A DNA stretch of 64,000 bases from Owenia fusiformis (taxonomy: Eukaryota): contig CAIIXF020000001.1 in the NCBI GenBank assembly GCA_903813345.2, positions 2,108,001 through 2,172,000 of the forward strand, given 5' to 3'. The position numbers were made by a program, and so were the translations under genes. This document shows positions 39,547 to 52,100 of this stretch, in pieces. Numbering within the stretch: position 1 is the stretch's first letter; the number at the start of each line of letters is the position of its first letter. Under the pieces are notes generated by a model, which saw only the letters and a list, made by a program, of their open reading frames with translations, searched no databases and was not told the origin of the DNA.

Positions 39547-40760
39547 TAACCAGAACAACGGCAACGCCAAAGCGTAGCGAATCACATCGAACAGAAATGG
39601 CTGGCATTTTTACAAACAAAATATATAGCAAATATCATAAAACAACACACCAGAAAGGCCACCATTTTCAAAATGGTTAGCCAAGTTGTCATCAGAAGAA
39701 ATAATATGCTTTTAGTAGCCACCTATAAAATTTTTGAAAAATCGCACACATGTACTTGTGAAATAAGTAAAAAATGTAAAAATGACAGCCATTTTTTAAA
39801 ATGGCCGCCTACTATCCGAAGTGTCATGAGACAGTGTGCAAGGCTCGTGAGTATTCACATATCAAATATGAACAAAATCGCTGAACTACTTTTCAAGTTA
39901 TAGTAAAAACGTAAAAATGGTGGTCATTTTTCAAAATGGCCGCCTACTACCCAAAGTGTCATTAGACAGTGTGCCAAGCTTATAGTATTCACATATAAGA
40001 TATGAAACATACCAAATATGAACAAAATCGCTGAACTACTTTTCGAGTTATAGTAAAATACGTTAAAATGGCAGCCATTTTGAAAAATGGCCACCTTCTA
40101 CCAAAAGTGTCATTAGACAATGTGACATGCTTATAGTATTCACATACCAAATATGAACAAAATTGCTTCACTACTTTCCGAGTTATTGTAAAATACGTTA
40201 AAATGGCGGCCATTTTTCAAAATTTTTTCAAAATGGCTGCCTTCTACCAAAAGTGTCATAGGACAGTGTGCCATGCTTATAGTATTCACATACCAAATAT
40301 GAACAAAATTGCTTCCCTACTTTTCGAGTTATAGTGAAATACGTTAAAATGGCGGCCATTTTTCAAAATGGCCACCTTCTACCAAAAGTGTCATAGGACA
40401 GTGTGCCATGCTTATAGTATTCACATACCAAATATGAACAAAATCGCTCCACTACTTTTCGAGTTATAGTAAAATATGTTAAAATGGCGGCCATTTTTCA
40501 AAAATTTTTTCAAAATGGCCGCCTTCTACCAAAAGTGTCATAGGACAGTGTGCCATGCTTATAGTATTCACATACCAAATATGAACAAAATCGCTCCACT
40601 ACTTTTTGAGTTATAGTTAAATATGTTAAAATGGCGGCCATTTTTCAAAATTTTTTTCAAAATGGCCGCCTTCTACCAAAAGTGTCATAGGACAGTGTGC
40701 CATGCTTATAGTATTCACATACCAAATATGAACAAAATCGCTCGGCTACTTTTTTTTTTT
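39547..40760 (-). mobile_element. Helentron/HINE-type element with 135-147 bp internal tandem repeats (5'-truncated)
   Basis: Reverse-complement copy of the 3' part of 53100-54453; units carry AAAATGGCGGCCATTTT. Confidence 0.8.
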
Positions 40761-42235
40761 AATGTTATTATACATTTAGTACACTAAGTGTAGGATAATT
40801 ATAGGATATCCTATGATTTTGAGGAATATCATTTTTATCTACGAGTTGATATTGATATCTGCGCGAGAGAGCAAAGCGAACGAGTGCATGTATCAATGTC
40901 ACCTGAGGCCATCATAAATTTTATGTTAGTCTCAGATGTCACCGAGTAGATTAAAATGATATTCTGAAAAAAATCATAGGATGTTCTTATTATTCTACAC
41001 TTACCCACACAAAAATCATTTCATAATCATTAGCTAATGATTATTGAATCCTTCAGGAATTAATCAGAAAACCTGAAGAATTTAAAAGCAACGTCTGATT
41101 AGTTTCTGAATAATTAACTCAATTGTTTCTGAATGATTAATAATCTGAATAGTTACTGAATAATTAAAGATTTGTTTCTGAATGATTAACTTGGAATTCT
41201 TTATTCCGAATTGTTACTGAGTGATTAACGATTTGTTTCTGAATGATTACCTAAAAGTCCATGATTTAGAATGAGAAACCCCACATTGGCAGACGTTAAA
41301 ATTTGGTTAAGATGTGAGAGAATTATTTGTCTAATAAAAGTGAGCATAAACAACCTGAAGGGTGGCTAGACTATCTTGAAACTTGATCAACATAATCATA
41401 AAGGTATGTAGAACATGTTTAGATTGAAACTTATTCATATTTATCTCTACTATTCTAATGAATTTGAATTCAAGATATTTTTTTTGAATTTGATCAATTT
41501 TGGGTTGTTCCCCATACATGATTAGGCACAAACACTCATTTTAGCCCTAGGTTTCTGAGCAGATAAATATAAATTAATTTGGAGTATATGTCACCTCTAT
41601 ATGAGCATGTAATAGTCAGAATAATACAAGACAGCTCCAGGAGAGGCAACAGGGTCTTGATAAAGAAGAAAATGAGTCAGATAACCTGAATAATTACTGA
41701 ATAATTACCGATTTGTTTCTGAATAATTAACGGTTTCTTTCTGAATAATTACCGATTTGTTTCTGAATAATTATTGATTTGTTTCTGAATAATTAACTAT
41801 TTGTTTCTGAATAATTACTGAATGATTACTGAATGATTAACGAAGAAAGAAATCAGTGTTTCATTAAATTCACAATCATTAGCTAATGATTACCCTGAAT
41901 GATTATCTCATTTGCATGTCAAATTGCTATACTATTTGTTACCTATTTGTTTCATAATCATTAGCTAATGATTACCCTGAATATGTATGCTATTATTTTG
42001 ACCTGGGTACAAGGAGTGTACTAAATGTATAATATCATTGCATAATGAATTTCATGCCAAATAGAGTCAATTTGGCAGGAACTCAAGCATATTTGGTTTT
42101 TCGGAGTATATCGTCACGATATCCTCCGCATATTGGTTTTCCGGAGTATATTGTGCCGATATCCTCTGGTTATTCATTTTGCCAATAGATATCAAATTTA
42201 TTTTTTAATGTTATTACACATTCAGCACACAAAGT
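40761..42235 (-). mobile_element. Inverted-repeat plus terminal-hairpin element, copy B, with internal TGAATAATTA minisatellite
   Basis: Ends are reverse complements of 20316-20560 and 22262-22419; preceded by an extra left-end fragment at 40761-40798. Confidence 0.75.
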
Positions 42236-43124
42236 CATATCTTCATCACAATATGATGTTGGGATCGTTGCCTTGATAATTTGTCATATTAGGTAATAAT
42301 GGCAGACTTTTGGACACTTGACAGGTCGAACTTCGGTCCATAGAACGAATGGCTCCAGCGACTTCGTGGGGGCGCTTCGTAAAAAACACCCCCCCCCCTT
42401 ACCTAAACATGATCAAAAAACAAGTGCAAGTGTAAAATGTCATAAAAGGAAAGGGAATGGTTATTCAATCTATTTACAATACATAATACATCATTATTGC
42501 AGGCCTGTCAACTGTCCCGCAATTTGCGTATTTGTCACGCATTTGCTGAAGAATTTGAAGTCACGCCAGTTTTTTTTGCGTGACAGAAAATGTCACGCAA
42601 AATACGCATTTTACCTTGCAATTGTCAAGCAAAAATATTTCTGTAGAAATTTTTTCGAAATATGTTTACGATACGGTAAAAATACGAACGTCGGAAAAAA
42701 CCGATCGCAATTTGTTCGGATTTGTCACGCGAATCCCGTATGTGTCACGCATGTCCACTGGAAATTTTTCGTACCTGTTATGCCCGAGCTCATGTGGATC
42801 AGTATTTAGTAACTTCGCTGTAGGAAGTAGTGTTGATTGAAGTCCACATGAATTATAAAACACAGAAAACTTTGACTGGAATACTTACGCTGCAACTTTT
42901 TGTTTCAACTTTTAGTCTGAAAGGATGAAAGTTGAGACTGGTTGGTTTTCTAATGTAGGTCAAATATGACAGTAACAAACATCCTGAATTAAAGCTAATG
43001 CAGCAGTCTATACATTCATTTATGAGTTGATATTATGTGTTAAATGTTGGAAATTCAAAATCACATCCTTATCAGTAAAATTAAGTTCACATATCGTTAT
43101 ATTCAGGATTCAAAGATCTACAAT

Positions 43125-43176
43125 TTTCAAATTTTGCGCCAAATAAACACAGCCGGGAAATTTCAACATGGCGTCC
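43125..43176 (+). promoter_or_regulatory. SMCHD1 proximal promoter/start region
   Basis: TTTGCGCCAAA and GCCGGGAAA (E2F-like) just upstream of a YY1-like CAACATGGCG that overlaps the ATG. Confidence 0.4.
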
Positions 43177-46100
43177 TCTCTGCGAAAAGGGGAATCAAAA
43201 ATTGAGTCAAATGATGGAGAAGAAGACTCGTTTGTGTTTGTCTACGATCGAAGAAGTGGTGACAATCCCGAGACAAAGATACATACTGGAGGCCTGTTTA
43301 GTTTTAATGATTTCAAAGGCCGTGTTAGAGAGGTAAAAGCTACATTAGACAAAAACACATTGAAAAATTATTTGTTTTTATTTTTCTTTCTGCAAAGGTC
43401 ACGGACACAATGTAATTTTTAGAAGTAAATTACTCCATCTTCCCACGGATAGTGGGAAGTCCTCCATATATTACTTATATTATTTCTCAGGTAACGCAGC
43501 TTCCATCCAAAATAAAAAAAATATGTATTTTTAAAATAAATTATTTGTCTAGTTTTCGTTAACAAATATCCTGAGACACATAGGGCCAGTAGAAAACACT
43601 AAACAGAAAAATAAAAAAAATATTCATACCTCCAAATCTGCTTTATTGGTCAGATAATGCACCAAATCATAATGGTTGTTCAAAATAAAAATTTAAGGGG
43701 ACGGAGCGCCGTATCTCGCGAGAATAAAGCAAATCACGCACCATCTCGCGAGAATAAAGCAAATCACGCAAATGCGCGTGATTTTTTCGACCAATCAAAT
43801 AGCTTGAAATTTACCAAACCATTTCGTCCAGTGTTTCACACATGCGCAATAGAAATTGTCAATTTACTGAGCGGACCCTTCAATGGCTTGGAGAAATTTT
43901 ACTCACGATAATTGATGATTACTGAACACATATAGGCATAAGAGGTTGTATAAATGTTTCAAGAATAGCATGATATCAAATAATCTGTACATTATGCTAC
44001 GATTCATTCAAAAATTGAATCTAGAGGACAGGTGACCATATTTTTTTCATATTTTTTTAATTTTTACTTGCATTACCTGGTGTATATATACCTCCTAGAT
44101 GGAGGACTTCCCACTATCCGTGCATCTTCCACAAACAACGTCATTGTTGTTGTTGCTTCTTTTGCTCTTCATGTATGTCACTTAACAATTTATTGTATCC
44201 ATATCGTTATTTTTTGTTTGTATCCTTTTATGCGCTATAATGCCCCTAAATGGTCTTGTGTTGCTTGTTTTTCACCTGTGCTTACACTTGTGCTTCTCAC
44301 TTGTGCTTATATTTGCATAAAGTCTTCTGGTTTGCCTTATGTAGCTACAAAAGGCATTTAGTTTCCTGTTTGACGATTCTGACAGGTTCGTGTTTACTGT
44401 AGTCCGCACAGGGTGTGTTGATCAAGGGTTTGTGTTTTCCCCAAGGAATTGGCAGCTTTTTGGTTGCACTCTCGTGCAAAATTTCCCCACTAACCACCCT
44501 AATTTCCTGATTTTGAGAGTACTGTATATGTTTGAGAAATGATAAAAGGCCAGTGAGGCAAAATATTAGGTGGTGTCAAATTACTACAGAAGTTGATTTT
44601 GAACTGTGAAGTGCAGACATGACTTCAATATCACCGAAAAGTAGAGTGACATTCTACGTTTCCTCCAAGCTTAGGCACACAATGCACCTGTCTTCTGGGC
44701 CTTTATTTATATATCGGAGATTTGTCACTGGCCCAGAGGCGCATCACCAACCATAGTAAATTTCAAAATGTTGAAAGTCTGAAAAACTCCAAATCTGGAG
44801 CTTTTTCTTTTTCTTGGAGCTCCTTACCTTATCTAATTCTTGTACCAGTATATTGCAACACTGCTTGGCTTCAGAATGGTACTTGGTTTGCTGGGGTAAA
44901 TCAATAATATTTTCATTGAATTATTCTATTGATTTTTTGAAGTGATCTTCAAACTTTGCAAATTATTCACTGAACATATTAGATTCCATTGGGATAACAT
45001 ATCACTCATAATCAGTAGGCATTTGATTATGAAAAATCAACTCCAAAGTAGCATTACTGCGCTAGGTTCAAAATATTTATATTTTTTCAAATTTGCAAAA
45101 AGTTATACACTTCAAACCACGCAACTGGTGACACTTTTAAAACTCGAAGAGTCAAAGTCACTAGGAGTGGGGCAGCCCCGCCTAATTGGTCACATGTTGC
45201 TGTTAATTTACCTGTGTTTGCTCTTGATGCTTATTCACTTGTGAATGGTCTCTCTGTACTGATTTTCATTCGGTTGCTATGGTTCTACTGTATATTTCAA
45301 TGTTTTACTTTTGTCAGTCAACTTGAATAAATACAATAAGCTAATGGATGGGACTGTCTCTTACTGTCAGTGTCCCTTTGATGAAATTTCATGACTGATG
45401 TGCTATTGTCAGATAAACATAACTCATTTCACACATAGAGTGCATCTTTCATTTTTGCACAAAAGGTAAATTTAGTGTACCTAGATTATTAATTGATTGG
45501 GTTAATAATTCTTTAGAATGTATGAATAACTCGAATATTGGTCTACTTTTCATGTCAACCTTACATTCTAGGATTTAGTAAATACTCTCAAATGAACCCA
45601 CAACAGCTATGTTTTGTTTATTAAGAAGCACAAGCACATTATCTTCATTGTCAGTTTATCAAAATAATGATATAATAATGATGAGCTGGAAATGATTATG
45701 ATTAAACACTTTCAATCCTCAGTTATCTCTAAAGCTAGAAAGATCTTTTTTAACCATGATTTTTTAGCTGTGATACAGCAAGGAAGATGATGGTATTATA
45801 GGGCCTTGTATTTGTATGATACGAAAATGATGTTATGGATGCAACTAATTCACCGTAAACGTTGAACACTTACTTCTACAATTAACCTTATATTTTTATT
45901 AGGCCCTTGGTATTGGTGCTTCAGAAAAGTTTGTGATTGCAACAACCAACAGAGAAGAAATACATGATGATGAGACTTGGGGTAGGTTAATGGCATTTAC
46001 TGTTCATTGTCAAAATTTAGCAATATATAGTCTATATAGAGAAATGTTCCATTTTTATTATTATGTGACATACTGTTATAGTCTCCAATTTTTTTGAGGA

Positions 46101-49100
46101 TGGTTATTGGTGTTTGGCGTTTGATATCTGTAACAAATGGCAGGTGGTGACATTTTGCAAGCTAATGCCTTGTATCAAAACATATCACACAAACATTATT
46201 TTATGTCCCATAACTCAAGACTGAAACCTCCACAACCTTTTATGAATATAACAAGATAAGATATTATTAAGATATTTGTATTTGAATTTTAGATCAAGTT
46301 GACAATGAGTTCACCCTGTATGTTCTACATGATGTCAACCAGGAACTCACTGCACCTGCGGAGGAGAGGGTCAGCTACTTACCTCATTATGATACTATTG
46401 TCAAGGGAGGGATGTATGAATACTATGCCTCAGAGGGTCAAAACCCACTACGTAAGTTTAAAAATACTCTTTAACTCTTGGTATAAAGGTCTACAACTCT
46501 ATTGTTCAGCCCGTGTCTTAGAGGAATGATTTATTGTATAACGTAATGATTTTTTGTATAAAGTATTGAGTATAAATGGATTTGCATTCTTCCTATATCT
46601 TGTTCCAGCCTATGCATTTGCTGAGCTCATAGACAACGCACTTGCTGCTACTGCGGACAATGTAGGGAGCAGAAACATTGAGATAAGACTGGTATGATGT
46701 ATTATGTATTAATTTATGTGATATCAAACCTGAGCATTTGTAAACCATCAATAATGAAGCAGCCAATGATCCACCAGTTTGAAAGTTTCAAATATACCTT
46801 GAACCCATCTGAAATTATTTTGCATCCCATTCATGATTGAGATATAAGTAAAGACAGGTATTTAAGATTGACCACTTGGACCATCTGGTATTTTTTATAA
46901 AATGTCACTTTAATTACCAAAGTGTAAAGAATCTGAGGAGACTATTATTATACGTGTACTTTATAAACTAATAAATTACTTTGATTTTTAGCATTTTGAT
47001 GATGCCAATCCATCCAAAAATTATGTATTTGTGATAGACAATGGAAAAGGGATGACATCTAAACAGCTGAATAACTGGGCTATATACAGACTTTCAAAGT
47101 TCAGGAGGGACAAATATGGAAAATTGTGAGTTGGTTTCTTATATTTTGCTTACAATCTCATTTGCCACAAATGAAAAGTATGTATTTGAAACTTCAGCCT
47201 GTGCAAATGACCATGGGAATGTGCATCCTTTGACATTTAAATCAAGGTCAATCTATTCAACCTTTTATACCAAACACTTTTGGGCTGGCTATATATCAGT
47301 ATTCACAGTTGTAAAAACTTACAAAAGTTGCTTAATTTCTTGATTTATCAAATATTTCCTATTAAATTTTGATATTTATTACTGTTTGTCTGGTGAAAGA
47401 AGGTGCCATGTTGATGTTACCTAATAGTTGATCATTTACAGAGTAAACAGAGAGGACGACGATGATAAGAGATCAGATCCTGGTATGGAGAATGCCCCTA
47501 GATCCCTAAACAGTGATATATCATACTTTGGTGTAGGAGGAAAACAAGCCATATTCTTCATAGGCAATTCTAGCAGGGTATGGATTTATCATTGTCTAGT
47601 TTTATACAGTTATTTGTTGTTTTTTGTTTAGAGGTACCAAATTAAACAAAGGATCCAGGTCACTCAATGCATTGAAATAAAAAGATGTTCTGAGGTACCT
47701 CCTCAAATATTTTGTATCCACATACATTTGATGCAAAAATCTTAAGATTCCAGGATCACTGCTTATTTTTGGACTTGAAATTGACTAGATGTGACAGCAC
47801 ACTAATGCAAACATCAGATGTAATGGGTAAAGCCGGATATTTATCAAAATGTACCTTTGGTTTTCAGATGATCTCCAAGGCCAAAGGATCCAATGATGTC
47901 CATGAATTGAACATATCTAAAGAGGAATTTGAAAGGAAAGAGAAAAACAGAGAATCAATATATTCAGGCTTTATAAGGAACAGAGTCGTGAGTCATTATT
48001 ATTACTTGTACTTTATTTTTTCAATAGGATTTTTTTAAAATCACTAAGCACTCTTGTTCTGCCTTTGGGTAATACATTTTGAAATTATATAAAGATGAGC
48101 AAAATCCAAAGTGTATTAAAGTACAAAATCTGAATGCACTGTGTGTTGAAACAACCCCCGAGTACAATAATGCTATGTTGTATTTTAAGCCTGGTGATGT
48201 GTCACACATCTCTGCAGATGATGAGAATGTTCGTCGGCTTGTGGCTGAAGAGAAAGACAAAGATAGTTTCACAGCAGTAGTTGTAAATGGAGTGAACCCA
48301 GAACATATTCCATACCTCAAGATCGGTGTCAAAAGCTGGACCAGACAGTTAGCGTAAGTAAATTGTATTATTCTGAAATTATTTGAACAAATGGGTTTCA
48401 AAATGGTCAACACTTGTGAGCACAGTACCCATGGTACTATTTAAAAGCAAATTCTTTGAAGAAGTTACCACTGATTAAACAAATTAAAGTTTAGAGCTAT
48501 TTAGCTTTCTTGGACTTTTCAATATTCTCTGAGGAAGAGACATCCACAATACAAGCCATACCAGAGATTAAGAGAGTACGATCATTCATGCAAAGATTAA
48601 AGCACCCATTGTCCATTCAAAATATATTTTTTGAATTCAATATCAAGAATATTATATACGCATATGTCAATGTTGCAGTCACATATATCACTACTACATC
48701 CATGGTCCAAATGGCAACACAGGGGATGGCATTGATTCAAGGAGCAGCCCTTTCAAAAACATAGACATACAGGTGAGTGTCATGTAACTTTGATTTAAAG
48801 AAAGCATAATATGCTACATCATGAGTTATTGTTGGTTTTATTTCGCTCAATGCTATCAATCTTTAGGAAAAGTTGGCGAAAACAAAATTTGTATTCCTAA
48901 ACCTGTATAAATTGGAGGATGGCAGAATCTTTCTCAAGAATGGTCTGTGAATTTTAAAATTCTGATAAAGGATATATGAGATATAAAAAAAAATTAAATA
49001 AAAACAAAGAAAATCATATGCCATCAGTGAATCATGATTTTGAATATATTGTGGATGTGACTTGAGTTACTAATTTCAGGTGAAAATGTACTTTAAAGGC

Positions 49101-52100
49101 CAAAGTCAACCTAAAGTTATAAACCTTAGAGATATAGATGATGATATGCAGACCCAGTTTATTAAAACAGCAGCCAGTAGTTTTGAGTTCAAAGCTAAAG
49201 TGGAAGGCACTGGTATGGTAGAAGGGGTCCTAAGATACCATCCATTTCTTTATGATAAAGAAACCTATCCTTCAGATGCCAATGACCCAAGAGGTGAGTG
49301 AGAAAATGACAGACTCAAGACTACCTAAAATAACTGTATTGTTTAGAGCTTCACCCAAACAAAGTATAGAATATTGCCTAACTTTGAGAAGTCTCTATTA
49401 TGGCAATGAGCAGATAGTCATCAGAAAAATCTGAGGAGTTACTGCACATGAGAGTGGGGGTGCTACGAAATGATGTGATATACGACAAATTCTCGCTTAG
49501 AACCAAAATATGTGGATTGCTCTAGCTAAGTGGTCTAAAGCTTGTATTGAAGCATTGTATGTACATGTGTGTTACTTTTAAACTGACAAGAATGAATAAA
49601 TAATTGTGATTTATTTCCCACAGTTGAACCAGATCCTGAAGAGGACCACATGTATGCTATGCAAGACACAAGGCCAGCTAGAGGCAAAAGGGCAATATTT
49701 GAGTGTTACTGGAATGGACGCCTTATCCCATATACACTCATAGATGAGTAAGTTTTCTATTACCTTTAATCATTTATACACAATATAATTTTTGTTAAGC
49801 ATTCCCACTTATGTCTTACATTAAGCTCTATTACATATTTTAAAGAATCACAATGAACTACAAATCTTAAGCTTATGGAATTTGCGACTTTCTTTGTTTC
49901 TTTATATTGACTTCAAACTAGTGGTGTCAATTAACCGCTTGAGAATTAACCGGTTAACCGGGGGTTTTTACCGGTTAAAGTCGGTTAACCGGCGGGAAAT
50001 TTGAACTGATAATTTCAAATGAAATCTTCATCTTCGATCTTGAAAGTTGAAAAAAATTGGAAAAATGATATCGGCGTTTAATTTTTACGTTCGTCAAGCT
50101 TTACTCTATTCTATGTAAGTAAGCGCGGGAAAGCAATGTGGCAGGGATTAAAGTTGCTGATTGGATGTTTGTAAGGAATTATCGGACCTATCACATGTAT
50201 GAGTAGCTCACATGAAACTGACGCTTGAAAAACAAACAGATTAAAATGCTAAGTAAGCGCGGGAAAGCAATGTGGCAGGGATTAAAGTTGCTGATTGGAT
50301 GTTTGTAAGGAGTTATGGGACTTATGACATGTATGAGTAGCTTACGTGAAACTGACACCATAAAACCAAACGGATTAGCATGCAAAATAAGCGCGGGAAA
50401 TAACAGAATTATACACGGTCAACTAACCGCCCATAAAAACACAGACCGGTCAAGGCATTATCGGCGGTTAACCGGTTAACCGGTTAATACTTGACACCTC
50501 TACTTCAAACAATATGTCGGACCATTATAGACTTCTATTTCTGGCTAATGTTTAACCACTATTTTCTTGTTAGTTTTGACTGGTGTGCTACTCCAAAGAA
50601 ACAGCGCAACATTCCTCTTGAGTGTTACAACAGAACATCGGGAGTGTTATGGACAAACGATAAGTTCCAAGTCAGTACAAATAAACTGACATTTATAGAT
50701 CTGGAGATGAGACTTCGTGACAAACAGACTGTGTTCAGCCGCGTCATATCAGGACATGTAAGTAGTACTCTGTGGAGTAGAAGTACAATTGAATTCAAAT
50801 ATATTTTGTATCTAGTTGTGTAGCTAAGATCACTAACTCATTCTTATTAAAGTCCCAGTCATTATTAATTGAAGTTCACATATGTTGTGTAAGTATCAGA
50901 AGTGTCCTGTTCTATGTTCTAGGAAAAACGTACAGCAATAGACAAAGAGCTTATAGCCTGGCTGAAAGAATGCCATGAACTAACTGACAAACAGATCAAG
51001 TTTACGGGCTTTGGGGGAACTACAACACGTCATGATTTACCACGTTCTAAACAGTCCCCCTGGTCAGTGTTCAGTTCCATTGAATGGGCTGGGAAAACAT
51101 ACAAGAAAGGCCAAATAGTAAGCATTTATTCATACCATAAATTAATAGAAAATAGGCCTTACCTTGTAATTTTCTTTGATGAACGCGTAATGTAAATATT
51201 GACTTTATTTGAAGAAATCACAATTTAGAATTTTGTGATATCCATGGTTCAACTTATAATTTTTTGGTACTTTTTGAGCTTGACTTTAGAGGTAGAGAAC
51301 AAGCTGTCTCAGTCATCATTCTTGATTATTATATACCCAATATGTAACACTAATCCTGATTGGTCAATACCTAGTCACGTGTTCCGAAATAGATTTACTA
51401 TTTCCCTCGAAAAGTTATATTCCCTCAAATGTGACGTCAGTGGGAATATACATTTGAACTATTGCCCGCTGACGTCACAATTGCAAGTTCTATTACCCTT
51501 GGAAACGTCTGCGCATCATCACTGCACAGACGAAAAACAGAAAAATGGAGGCTGAGCACAAACGCAAATCAACTCCGTTCACCATGACAGACGTGCGTGA
51601 ACGATACAGTATAAGCAACGTGTATAAAGTTCCCTAAGCTCAATTCGTCTGTGTAATTTCAAGTGTTATGATAATCTATTCCGCGTGTTAAACGCGATTG
51701 AATTGATGATTTGCGATCACCGAATGGATTCTATCTTTTAGTGACGTCACAATTAGGCCACCCAGCTCTAGATGTTTTTGTTTGAGGGATTATCTTCTAT
51801 ATTTCGTGCTTTATTGATTTATTTTTCATGAAAACGTTCGATTTGACTAAATCAAGATCCATGCTAAGCACATACCAAGTCTAAGATCTTACTGACATGA
51901 TTTAGATAGCGGTTAAGCGCCCCCCGATTTTGACAAATACGGGGGGCGCTTATAGGCATCGATGTTTAGTATGAATTTCACCAAAACTTCGCACATATAT
52001 AGAAATAATCATGATCTTAGTCAAATCGGCATATCTGGTAAATATCCGACCCATGGTTTTCACAAAAGAAACGACAATATTTTTTGCTCAAAACTGCAAG

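Noticed and set aside
39673-40213. Short ORFs in satellite-bearing elements (also 53082-54391, 60604-61837)
   Set aside because: Translations of tandem repeat units.
42318-42863. Overlapping 163/86/65-aa ORFs upstream of SMCHD1
   Set aside because: They overlie a hAT-like MITE end with GTCACGC repeats; no protein motif.
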